Of a stretch of 64,000 bases of DNA, positions 55,482 to 64,000 are shown in pieces. A model generated the notes under the pieces. It was not told the origin of the DNA and did no database searches. It worked only from the letters and a program-made list of their open reading frames with translations. A program made the translations under genes and the position numbers. Source of the stretch: Bacteroidales bacterium (GTDB taxonomy: Bacteria > Bacteroidota > Bacteroidia > Bacteroidales > GCA-2748055); assembly GCA_020636775.1 (NCBI GenBank), contig JACJXF010000002.1, forward strand, positions 144,331 to 208,330. The letters run 5' to 3'. The stretch's first letter is position 1; each line of letters begins with the position of its first letter.

Positions 55482-57257
55482 ATGAGTAAGTATAATGTAT
55501 CACTCAGTATAAAAATTGGTTTTCTCAGTTTGCTGTTTCTTTTACCCCTGCAATCCTGCGAGGATTATTTTACAATAGAACCGGTTTCACTTTATTCCCA
55601 GGAGAATGTGTTTACCACAGTCGATTTTACTCTCCAGGCTATATTGGGTGTGTACCAGGTTACTACCCTGGATGAAGGATTCTCCAAGCGACTCAGTATG
55701 TATTATGCCTGCGATAATGATGCTGAAATGTGCAGCGGGACAACCCTTGACAATGGCCGCCGTGATATAGCCCGCTATTCGGCTAATTCAGGAAATACAG
55801 AGATTGAAAAACCCTGGATAAACTTATATAAGGGAATCAACCGTGCAAATATCTGCATCGAAAATATTCCTAAAAGCCCGGTCTATACATCAGGTTCAGA
55901 TCAGGATATCGTAAAGATGAACAGGATGCTGGGAGAAGCAATTACCCTAAGAGCCCTGTTTTATTATGAGCTGATTATAAACTGGGGAGATGTCCCCTTC
56001 AACGATACTCCAACAAGGTCGGGTGATAATTATTTCCTGCCCAAAACGGATAGGGATGTGATTTATGATTTTATTATCAATGATCTTAAAAAGGCGGTAG
56101 ATCTTGTCCCCTGGCGATCAGAGGTCTCCCTTGATGAAAGAATTACCAAGGGAGCTGTAAAAGGATTTCTGGCCCGCGTTGCCCTGGCCCGTGGTGGGTA
56201 TTCCTTAAGGAAATCAGGAGGTAACCAGCGGGGTTCAAATTATCTGGATTATTATACCATTGCCCGCGACCAGTGTGCTGAAATAATTGCAAGCGGGGAA
56301 CATAAGTTAAATCCCGATTTCTCAAATATCTTTCATACTATGTGCGAATGGAAACTCGACTCTAAATACGGAGAAAGTATGTGGGAGCTGGGAATGGGTC
56401 AATTCCGGAGTGGTGAAGTGGGATATTATGTCGGAAGCCGTTCGGATGGAAACTCGAGGTACGGAAAAGCAGATGGAGGGATAAACCCGCTGCCAACCTA
56501 TTACCTGTCGTTCGACAGTCTGGATACACGAAGGGATGTAACCATCGCCTTGTATGAGATTGATGGAGACAACAACCGCTTATTACGCAAATTTACAGAG
56601 ACATATATTGCCAAATGGAGGAGGGAGTGGATGAATCCGCTGTTTCCCGGAACCGATAAATATAACGGTATTAACTGGGTGCTTCTGAGATATTCTGATG
56701 TATTGCTCATGTTTGCTGAAGCCGATAATGAACTCAATAACGGGCCGTCTGCTGCAGCAATCGATGCCTTCCGGCTGGTAAGGGAGAGGGCTTTTAAAGG
56801 GAATGTCGGTAAAATGCCGGCCATACCTACCGATTATCAGGGCTTTTTCAATGAAATAGTAAAGGAAAGGGAATGGGAGTTTGGAGGTGAATGTATACGG
56901 AAATTTGACCTTATACGTTGGAACCTCCTGGGAACCAAAATCGCGGAAACTAAAGAAAACCTGGCAAAACTTTATAACGGGGAACCACCCTATGATAAGG
57001 TGCCGAGGAAACTGGTGTGGAGGAACGAAGGGGAAAATCTTAAGATTCTCAATCTGAATACACCAATGGACTCAGCACAAATAGCCGACAGGGATTCCAT
57101 TTTGTGGCCGAATGTCTACGATTGGGCCGATAATGTTACTCCTACCTACACAAGTATTTTTGCCGGATATTTTGAGCCGGACAAAAAAGAACTGTTACCA
57201 ATTCATCAATCCATAATAGATAAAAATCCGAATCTGACACCTGACTTTGGTAATTAA
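55482..57257 (+). CDS. susD: SusD/RagB-family glycan-binding lipoprotein
   Basis: 591 aa with a lipoprotein signal (LLPLQSC) and TPR-like SusD motifs (RALFYYELIINWGDVPF, LLRYSDVLLMFAEA, ERxWEF). It starts 10 nt after susC. Confidence 0.92.
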   Translation: MSKYNVSLSIKIGFLSLLFLLPLQSCEDYFTIEPVSLYSQENVFTTVDFTLQAILGVYQVTTLDEGFSKRLSMYYACDNDAEMCSGTTLDNGRRDIARYSANSGNTEIEKPWINLYKGINRANICIENIPKSPVYTSGSDQDIVKMNRMLGEAITLRALFYYELIINWGDVPFNDTPTRSGDNYFLPKTDRDVIYDFIINDLKKAVDLVPWRSEVSLDERITKGAVKGFLARVALARGGYSLRKSGGNQRGSNYLDYYTIARDQCAEIIASGEHKLNPDFSNIFHTMCEWKLDSKYGESMWELGMGQFRSGEVGYYVGSRSDGNSRYGKADGGINPLPTYYLSFDSLDTRRDVTIALYEIDGDNNRLLRKFTETYIAKWRREWMNPLFPGTDKYNGINWVLLRYSDVLLMFAEADNELNNGPSAAAIDAFRLVRERAFKGNVGKMPAIPTDYQGFFNEIVKEREWEFGGECIRKFDLIRWNLLGTKIAETKENLAKLYNGEPPYDKVPRKLVWRNEGENLKILNLNTPMDSAQIADRDSILWPNVYDWADNVTPTYTSIFAGYFEPDKKELLPIHQSIIDKNPNLTPDFGN

Positions 57258-57306
57258 CAAGGTCAGTATTAACCATAAGTATTATTGTTTAACTAAAATT
57301 TATATT

Positions 57307-58605
57307 ATGAAAAAAGTTGTTTACTTGATTATTGCATTATTTCTGACAGCATCTTTTGGTTTAAATGCACAGCAGCGCATTACTCTTAACCAGGGTGATG
57401 ATCTGATTGCTGCAATCGCCAGTGCTGCCAGTGGAGACACTATTGCCATAGGGCCTGGTTTTCATAAACTAAGCTATGCTACCCCTGTAATTGATAAATC
57501 ATTGTCGTTTATTGCAGTTGATCCTGCTGTAAAACCAAAGATTTTTATTAAGCAGATGGATATTCAGGGAACCGACCTGAAACTCTATTTTCACGGTTTA
57601 AATATTTCTACAGCAACGGTTGATTCATTAACCGGAGTTGAGGATACTGTTAATCTGGTATCTGCGGATTCTTATATTCTAAACCTAACATCTTCCCATA
57701 TTTCTCTTACCAGCCTCATCCTGGATGACTGTGTATTCAGGAACATTGGCCGTGCTGTATTAAGAGGCGACAGAGCAGCCAATACTATCGGGGATCTGAT
57801 GGTAAATAATTGTGTTATTTATGATCACAGGGGAGCTGGGGATTATGGTCCTTTCAGGGTAAAATCCAATTGCACCATTACAAATTTCACCATCCAGAAT
57901 TCCACATTCTATAATATTTCCAATCGTGTAGTTGAAATGGAATCCGCTCCGGGATCGCCCGCAATACTTATTAAGAATTGTACATTCAACAACTTTGGTG
58001 GCGGGAAATCAGGTCAGTATATATTCGATCTTAAAACGAATACTACTGCCAGCCTGGTAATTCAAAACTGTATACTTGGAAAAACCAACCAGACTGATCT
58101 GGTAGTGGTAAACGGATGGAGAGTTCCCCTGGAAAGCACCAATGAGATGAATAATACTGCCATGACTCCCGATTTTATTGTTACAGATAGTTCCTATTCT
58201 GTAGTTAACTGGGATAAAATTGAGTACAACCTCGAAAGCTTTGATCCGGAATGGGAAGATCCGGCAAATGGAAATTTCAGATTACCTGAAAATTCCGCAC
58301 TCCTGGAAGCCAGTCCAGAAGGCACAATTATCGGTGACCCCAGATGGGCTCCAATATCCAATGTAGCTGTCAGTAACAGCCTTGTATCGGATATAAATGT
58401 ATATCCAAATCCTGCTTCTGATATCCTTTATATTAAATCAAAAGGGCTTAGCTCAATTTCAATTTATAATAGTCTGGGTGTAAGAGTAAAAGTTGTTACT
58501 CAACCTGAAAATGTTACCAGCGTAAATATTTCTGAGCTTGTACCCGGATTATATTTCGTAAAAACAAACGACCCTGCTTTAGTAAGCAAATTTATAGTGA
58601 AGTAG
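57307..58605 (+). CDS. DUF4957/DUF5123-like right-handed beta-helix protein with a T9SS C-terminal domain
   Basis: I place the start at MKKVVYLIIALF. Repeated beta-helix turns are present (NCVIYD, IQNSTFYN, IKNCTFNN, IQNCILG). The C-terminus is VYPNPASDILYI...GLYFVKT. Its position after SusD is typical of pectin PULs. Confidence 0.7.
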   Translation: MKKVVYLIIALFLTASFGLNAQQRITLNQGDDLIAAIASAASGDTIAIGPGFHKLSYATPVIDKSLSFIAVDPAVKPKIFIKQMDIQGTDLKLYFHGLNISTATVDSLTGVEDTVNLVSADSYILNLTSSHISLTSLILDDCVFRNIGRAVLRGDRAANTIGDLMVNNCVIYDHRGAGDYGPFRVKSNCTITNFTIQNSTFYNISNRVVEMESAPGSPAILIKNCTFNNFGGGKSGQYIFDLKTNTTASLVIQNCILGKTNQTDLVVVNGWRVPLESTNEMNNTAMTPDFIVTDSSYSVVNWDKIEYNLESFDPEWEDPANGNFRLPENSALLEASPEGTIIGDPRWAPISNVAVSNSLVSDINVYPNPASDILYIKSKGLSSISIYNSLGVRVKVVTQPENVTSVNISELVPGLYFVKTNDPALVSKFIVK

Positions 58606-58638
58606 TAATCGTTAATTGATATTTGAGGAATAATTAAT

Positions 58639-58670
58639 GGGCGAATCCGGTGCGTCCGGGTTTGCCCTTT
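58639..58670 (+). terminator. Rho-independent terminator
   Basis: The stem is GGGCGAATCCGG / CCGGGTTTGCCC (12 pairs including 2 G-U), with a 5-nt loop, followed by TTTGATT. Confidence 0.65.
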
Positions 58671-58738
58671 GATTATCCTTTGCTTGAAAAAATATTTAAC
58701 TCCGCAGGAATTATCCCTGTCGGAACCATATATTAATT

Positions 58739-60160
58739 ATGAACAGAAAAATAATATTCACCTCTGTTGCCATAATAATCCTAGTTTCACTTGGTGCAGC
58801 CAGGATGCTTAGGGTTAATAAACCAAATTATTGGAAACAAGCTGAGGAAATACTAAAGGATATTCATGAACCCGAATTTGGAACCAGGGTCTTTAACATA
58901 TCCGATTATGGCGCAAAAAATGACAGCTCACTGTCCACTAACGCCATTCATAAAGCAATTGCCGCATGCGTGCAGAGCGGAGGCGGGACTGTTTTGGTAC
59001 CTGATGGGATTTTTTATACCGGAGCTATTCATCTGGAAAGCAATGTGAATCTTCACCTATCTGATGGTGCGGTTCTTAAATTTTCAACCGACCCAAAAGA
59101 TTATCTGCCATTGGTTAAAACACGGTGGGAAGGGATTGACTGCTACAACTATTCATCCTTAATTTATGCAGCAGATGCAGTTAATGTCGGTGTTACAGGA
59201 AAAGGAATACTGGATGGTCAGGCTGATGAATCCAACTGGTGGACATGGAAGGGAAGGACCGAATATGGGTGGAAGGAAGGGATGCCTTCACAAAACATAG
59301 AAGGAGCCAGGGAAAAACTGGCTATGTTTGAGGAAAAACAGGTTCCTCTCGAAGAAAGAATTATGGGAGAGGGATGTTATTTGAGACCCCAGTTCATCGT
59401 GATGTACAATTGTAAAAATGTAATTCTCTCTGATATTACAATTCAACGAGCACCTTTCTGGCTCATACATCCCGTTTTTACAGAAAATCTTATTGTAAGA
59501 GGAGTAAGAGCTGACAGTCAGGGACCAAATAATGACGGATGTGATCCTGAATCCTGTAATAATGTATTAATTGAAAACTGCTATTTCAGCACAGGGGATG
59601 ATTGTATAGCAATTAAATCGGGCCGGAATAATGATGGAAGGAATAGCAAAAAACCTTCGGAAAATATAATTATCCGGAATTGTAATATGGAAAACGGACA
59701 TGGCGGCGTTGTAATTGGAAGTGAAATTTCAGGAGGATGTAAAAATGTTTTCGCTGAGAACTGCACCATGAACAGCCCTGAACTGGAGAGAGCCATAAGG
59801 ATAAAAACTAACTCACTCAGGGGAGGAGTAATTGAAAACCTTTACTTCAGAAATATTGATGTAGGGCAGGTAAAAGAAGCGGTCCTTAAAATTAATTGCA
59901 TGTATGAAATAAAGAATAATGAAACAGGCGACCACATACCACTGGTAAGAAACATACATTTTGAGGGGATAAAAAGTAAAAAAAGTAAGTATGCCCTGTT
60001 TTTTATAGGGGTACCCGGACAAAATAATATTTCAAATATTATGATTGAGGATTGCAGTTTTTTGGGAGTACAAAAGGAAAACTCACTTCAGGACGTAAGG
60101 AAACTTAGTATGCAGAATGTAAGTATAAATGGGGAAATGGTTACCGCAACCATCCATTGA
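58739..60160 (+). CDS. Glycoside hydrolase family 28 (polygalacturonase/exo-galacturonosidase)
   Basis: 473 aa. The GH28 motifs are NNDGCDPESC, GDDCIAIKSG, GHGGVVIGSE and RAIRIKT. Confidence 0.9.
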   Translation: MNRKIIFTSVAIIILVSLGAARMLRVNKPNYWKQAEEILKDIHEPEFGTRVFNISDYGAKNDSSLSTNAIHKAIAACVQSGGGTVLVPDGIFYTGAIHLESNVNLHLSDGAVLKFSTDPKDYLPLVKTRWEGIDCYNYSSLIYAADAVNVGVTGKGILDGQADESNWWTWKGRTEYGWKEGMPSQNIEGAREKLAMFEEKQVPLEERIMGEGCYLRPQFIVMYNCKNVILSDITIQRAPFWLIHPVFTENLIVRGVRADSQGPNNDGCDPESCNNVLIENCYFSTGDDCIAIKSGRNNDGRNSKKPSENIIIRNCNMENGHGGVVIGSEISGGCKNVFAENCTMNSPELERAIRIKTNSLRGGVIENLYFRNIDVGQVKEAVLKINCMYEIKNNETGDHIPLVRNIHFEGIKSKKSKYALFFIGVPGQNNISNIMIEDCSFLGVQKENSLQDVRKLSMQNVSINGEMVTATIH

Positions 60161-60221
60161 TAATCTGTAAAAGATCAAAAAATTCTATTAATAAAAAGAC
60201 CATTACCTCAATACCAAAATA

Positions 60222-63122
60222 ATGACCCGTAAAATTTTACTGTTTATTTTTGTAGTGCTACTGCTGGATTCAAGTCTATATGCCCAGCAGCTGGCTTTTC
60301 CCGGTGCCGACGGATTCGGAAAATACACCACAGGCGGCCGGGGCGGGGCTGTAATTGAGGTAACGACCCTTGCCGATAGCGGACCCGGAAGCTTGCGTGA
60401 AGCCATTTCTACCACGGGCGCCAGAACAATTATTTTCAAAGTCTCAGGAACAATTTACCTTAAATCAACATTGAAAATCAGCAAACCCGACATAACCATT
60501 GCCGGGCAAACAGCCCCGGGCGAAGGAATAACCATTGCCAACTACAATTTTGATGTAAATGCCACCAATGTCATTATCCGATACATTCGTTGCCGGCTCG
60601 GAGATGTCTCAAAACAGGAGGCTGACGCTTTCAGTTGCAACTCATCCACTAATGTTATCATTGATCATTGTTCATTTAGCTGGAGCGTAGATGAGGTTGC
60701 GTCCTGCTACTCAAACAAAAATTTCACCATGCAATGGTGCATTATTTCTGAAAGCATGTACAATTCAGTGCATAGTAAAGGTGAACATGGATACGGCGGA
60801 ATCTGGGGAGGAAGCAGAGCAAGCTTTCATCATAACCTGATTGCCCACAATACAAGCAGAAATCCCAGATTTAACGGCGCAAGATATAATACCTACCCCT
60901 GGGATGAGCTGGTTGATCATCGCAATAATGTTATTTATAACTGGGGATTTAATTCAGCCTATGGCGGTGAGCCCAGCGACCTGGATGGCACACCTGCTCA
61001 TATAAACATGGTTGCAAATTATTATCAGGCCGGACCCGCCACCAAAACTGGTGAAGTTCAATACCGGGTGTTGTCACCTGATGCAATGCCGGGTTATGGC
61101 TATAGTTTCTGGCATATCGACAGCAATGTAGTGGATCTGCATCCTGAAGTTTTCACCGACAACTGGTTATACGGGGTTCAGGGTGTAAGTGCCGCGGATA
61201 AACTTGTCATGAAATCCGACACTTCTTTTCCTTATGAAATGGCAAACACTCAGACTGCAGAAGAGGCATTCCTGGATGTTACCAGATATGCGGGCTGTAA
61301 TCTGCCCAGAACCGATACTGTGGATAAACGAATTCTCTGGGAAACAATTAACAAACAGGCAACCTATGGCGGAGCAACCTGGGGAGCCGGAACAGGTATT
61401 ATTGATTCACAAAATGACGTAGGTGGATGGCCAGCCCTTTTCCAGGGAAGAGCTCCCCTTGATACAGATCACGATGGTATGCCCGATGAATGGGAAATTG
61501 ATCACGGACTGAGTATCTCAGATCCGTCTGACCGGAATGGAGATGAAAACCTAAATGGCTATACTAACCTTGAGGATTACCTTAATTCAATTACTGAATA
61601 CCCGTATTTTATTTATCCCCCAACGAATCTGAATGCAAAACTGATTGATCTGAAAATAGTAAATCTAAGCTGGATTGATAATTCAATTGATGAGGATGGA
61701 TTTTATCTGGAACGAAAATCCGGAACTGTCTTTGAAAGAATTGATACACTCGGGTCAGACACAAACTTTTACACAGATACCGTCCCTGACTTTTCCACAT
61801 CTTATGTTTACAGGATATTGGCTTTCAATGCCTCAGATTCCTCAATTTTCAGCGTTTCAAACATTATATCAACTCCGGGTGAAAACGATAAACCGCTGGT
61901 TGCAGTGAATCCCAATCCGGCTAATAATTCAAAACTTATTGATGTTAATACCATTCTTTCATGGGAAAAGGGATTGGGAGCTGTCAGCCATTTACTTTAC
62001 CTGGGAAAAACCAGCAATCCCGATTTCGTAGCGGAACTTTCAGATACCAGCTATATCCCGGCTGAACTTGAACATGGAACCACATATTTCTGGAGAGTTG
62101 ACGAAAAAAACTCCAATGGGATTACAACTGGAACATTGTGGACTTTTCAGACGAACGTAATCCCCGGGGATTTACTGGTTGGTCACTGGGCTATGGAAAG
62201 TGTTTCGCGGGCGGCAGATTCATCCTTTTTTGCAAATAATGGTGCATTTACAGGCTTCTATGCATTCTCCACCACCGTTCCGGGGGCAGTAAACAAGGCT
62301 GTTTTGTTCAACGGATCTAATCAATATGCCACAATTCCGCATCATGAAATTTTTAATTTTAACACAAATAGCTTTTCAATAGCGTTCTGGCTGAAACAGG
62401 ATGCTTCCACTATTAACGGTCCGAAGGATTTCCCGGTTTTAACAAAGGGATCCCATATTGCAAATATAGCTGCCGCACGATCAGGAAAGCGGTATGAAAT
62501 TTATTACGATGGAGGGACCGGCAAAATGAGATTTGAAATTGATGATAATGTCAAATCAAGCTATGTAGCTGCAGATGGCAGTGGTTTTCTGACGGGAAAA
62601 TGGATGCACGGAACGGTAGTTCGCGATTCAGTCAATAAACAACTCAGGATTTATCTGAATGGTCAGCTTCAGAATACCGCCACTGATGCAACAGGCGATA
62701 TTTCAGAAACGGAAGATCTCTATTTTGCTTTCGGGAATGATGCTGCCAGTTACCTTCCCGGTGCCCTCGATGATATCCGGATGTACAATTATGTTCTTGC
62801 AGATGAGGAGATAGCACAGCTTGTAGCCATGGGTCCGGATTACACTTCCGTTAAGACTGATTTATACGATATGGATATAAAGGTTTATCCTAATCCGGCA
62901 TCTGAACATGCCAACCTGAGCTTCAGAGTAAATAAAACGGAGAAAATAAGCATTGAGCTGTATACCATATCCGGGAAAAAGATTCGCGGGTTTGCGGGTA
63001 AAACATTCATGCCCGGATATGTTAACATGTCACTTCCCCTGGAAAATATAAATAAGGGAGAATACATTCTGATAATCAGATCTGATGAAGGTTATAAGGG
63101 ATACCCTCTGCTGGTAAAATAA
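60222..63122 (+). CDS. Pectate lyase (PL1) fused to Fn3-like, LamG/ConA-like and T9SS C-terminal domains
   Basis: 966 aa. The N-terminal ~430 aa are paralogous to the 50805 gene (FPGADGFGKYTTGGRGG, VIIDHCSFSW, SRNPRFNGAR, DTDHDGMPDEWE). Next come Fn3-like modules, a LamG-like region (LDDIRMYN) and the CTD (VYPNPASEHANL...GEYILII). Confidence 0.85.
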   Translation: MTRKILLFIFVVLLLDSSLYAQQLAFPGADGFGKYTTGGRGGAVIEVTTLADSGPGSLREAISTTGARTIIFKVSGTIYLKSTLKISKPDITIAGQTAPGEGITIANYNFDVNATNVIIRYIRCRLGDVSKQEADAFSCNSSTNVIIDHCSFSWSVDEVASCYSNKNFTMQWCIISESMYNSVHSKGEHGYGGIWGGSRASFHHNLIAHNTSRNPRFNGARYNTYPWDELVDHRNNVIYNWGFNSAYGGEPSDLDGTPAHINMVANYYQAGPATKTGEVQYRVLSPDAMPGYGYSFWHIDSNVVDLHPEVFTDNWLYGVQGVSAADKLVMKSDTSFPYEMANTQTAEEAFLDVTRYAGCNLPRTDTVDKRILWETINKQATYGGATWGAGTGIIDSQNDVGGWPALFQGRAPLDTDHDGMPDEWEIDHGLSISDPSDRNGDENLNGYTNLEDYLNSITEYPYFIYPPTNLNAKLIDLKIVNLSWIDNSIDEDGFYLERKSGTVFERIDTLGSDTNFYTDTVPDFSTSYVYRILAFNASDSSIFSVSNIISTPGENDKPLVAVNPNPANNSKLIDVNTILSWEKGLGAVSHLLYLGKTSNPDFVAELSDTSYIPAELEHGTTYFWRVDEKNSNGITTGTLWTFQTNVIPGDLLVGHWAMESVSRAADSSFFANNGAFTGFYAFSTTVPGAVNKAVLFNGSNQYATIPHHEIFNFNTNSFSIAFWLKQDASTINGPKDFPVLTKGSHIANIAAARSGKRYEIYYDGGTGKMRFEIDDNVKSSYVAADGSGFLTGKWMHGTVVRDSVNKQLRIYLNGQLQNTATDATGDISETEDLYFAFGNDAASYLPGALDDIRMYNYVLADEEIAQLVAMGPDYTSVKTDLYDMDIKVYPNPASEHANLSFRVNKTEKISIELYTISGKKIRGFAGKTFMPGYVNMSLPLENINKGEYILIIRSDEGYKGYPLLVK

Positions 63123-63210
63123 TTTATGCTTTCTGGTTTTTGAATTATAAAAGGGATACAAACCGGCAGAATGGTTTTGTTATAATGTTATAACGAATTA
63201 GCCGGCCATT

Positions 63211-64000
63211 CTATGATAACATCTCTTTTGCCTTTACCAGACCTTCAACCAGTCGGTCAAGCTCTTCAAAAGTATTATAGAATACCATAGAGGCCCGTAT
63301 GGTTCCTGCAATCTTAAAATGATCCATAACCGGCTGGGTGCAGTGTGTGCCGGTGCGCACGGCGATCCCCATCTTATCCAGTATCATTCCGGTATCGTAT
63401 GGATGCAGGCCCTGAATCAGAAAGGATAAAACAGAAATCTTATTTTCGGCAGTTCCGTAAATGTCAAGCCCTTCAATCTTTTTCAGTTTTTCTTCGGCAT
63501 AGCTGAGTAGGGATTTTTCGTACTTCACTATGGCATCAATTCCAATCGAATCGACATACTGAAGCGCAGTTCCTAATGCAATGGCTCCGGTATAATTTGA
63601 GGTACCGGCTTCAAATTTGAAGGGGAGAATGTTGTAGGTAGTCTTTTCAAACTTAACGCAATCGACCATGTCGCCACCGCCCTGGTATGGAGGAAGAACA
63701 TCGAGCATGGCTTCTTTGCCATACAATACGCCGATTCCAGTAGGTCCGAACACTTTATGACCTGAAAACACATAAAAGTCGCAGTTCAGATCCTGCACAT
63801 CCACATGCCCGTGCTGAATAGCCTGAGCCCCGTCGATCATAACCGGTACCTCATGATCGTGGGCAAAGCGTATCATTTCTTTCACGGGATTAAGGGTTCC
63901 CAATGAATTGGAGGCTTGTGTAAGGGCCAGGAGGCGGGTTTTTTTTGTAAAGAGGAGCTCAAATTCATGCTGCATCAGCTCACCGTTTTCATCGAAGGGG
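63211..64000 (-). CDS. sufS: Cysteine desulfurase SufS (C-terminal ~260 codons; continues past the right edge)
   Basis: The PLP-lysine motif is FSGHKVFGPTGIGVLYG and the catalytic Cys loop is RTGTHCTQP. The reading frame stays open to position 64000. Confidence 0.88.
   Translation of the reverse strand, partial: PFDENGELMQHEFELLFTKKTRLLALTQASNSLGTLNPVKEMIRFAHDHEVPVMIDGAQAIQHGHVDVQDLNCDFYVFSGHKVFGPTGIGVLYGKEAMLDVLPPYQGGGDMVDCVKFEKTTYNILPFKFEAGTSNYTGAIALGTALQYVDSIGIDAIVKYEKSLLSYAEEKLKKIEGLDIYGTAENKISVLSFLIQGLHPYDTGMILDKMGIAVRTGTHCTQPVMDHFKIAGTIRASMVFYNTFEELDRLVEGLVKAKEMLS

Noticed and set aside
63156-63180. A weak hairpin (ACAAACC...GGTTTTGT) between the convergent PL1 and sufS genes, as a terminator.
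   Set aside because: It has only 7 pairs with a bulge and no clear U-run, which is too weak to call.

Overview
This window reads as a Bacteroidota chromosome. The signs are SusC/SusD pairs, a Y_Y_Y hybrid two-component regulator, several T9SS C-terminal sorting domains and TTTG/TAnnTTTG-type promoters. It has three parts. (1) 1-12.7 kb is accessory DNA. It holds a type I R-M module (hsdM-hsdS plus a nuclease-like gene), a tyrosine integrase next to tRNA-Cys, and a three-cassette, integron-like array at 8727-12643. Each cassette ends in a ~131-134 bp attC-like element, and each cassette's first bases are the reverse complement of the inverse core of its own attC. The cassettes carry an orphan lipoprotein, an AAA-ATPase/RloB (OLD/PARIS/AbiL-like) defence pair and a MazEF toxin-antitoxin. 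No integron integrase is present in the window. (2) 12.9-38.8 kb is mostly housekeeping: AEC transporter, CcsBA, a DUF1611/dipeptide-epimerase/PLP-enzyme cluster, folB, an ECF sigma, an SNF transporter, a sulfatase-like protein, a GH, a TonB receptor, queG, sufE and a DUF59 gene. It is punctuated by unusual 8-9 bp short-period tandem arrays that occur as inverted pairs; one pair brackets an ICMT-family methyltransferase gene. (3) 39-63 kb is a pectin utilisation locus (HTCS, CE8, GH105, 2x PL1, GH28, SusC/D, DUF4957-like and cadherin-like T9SS cargo). It sits between sufE/DUF59 and sufS, so it appears to split a suf operon. All functional calls come from reading motifs in the supplied translations; no database search was possible.
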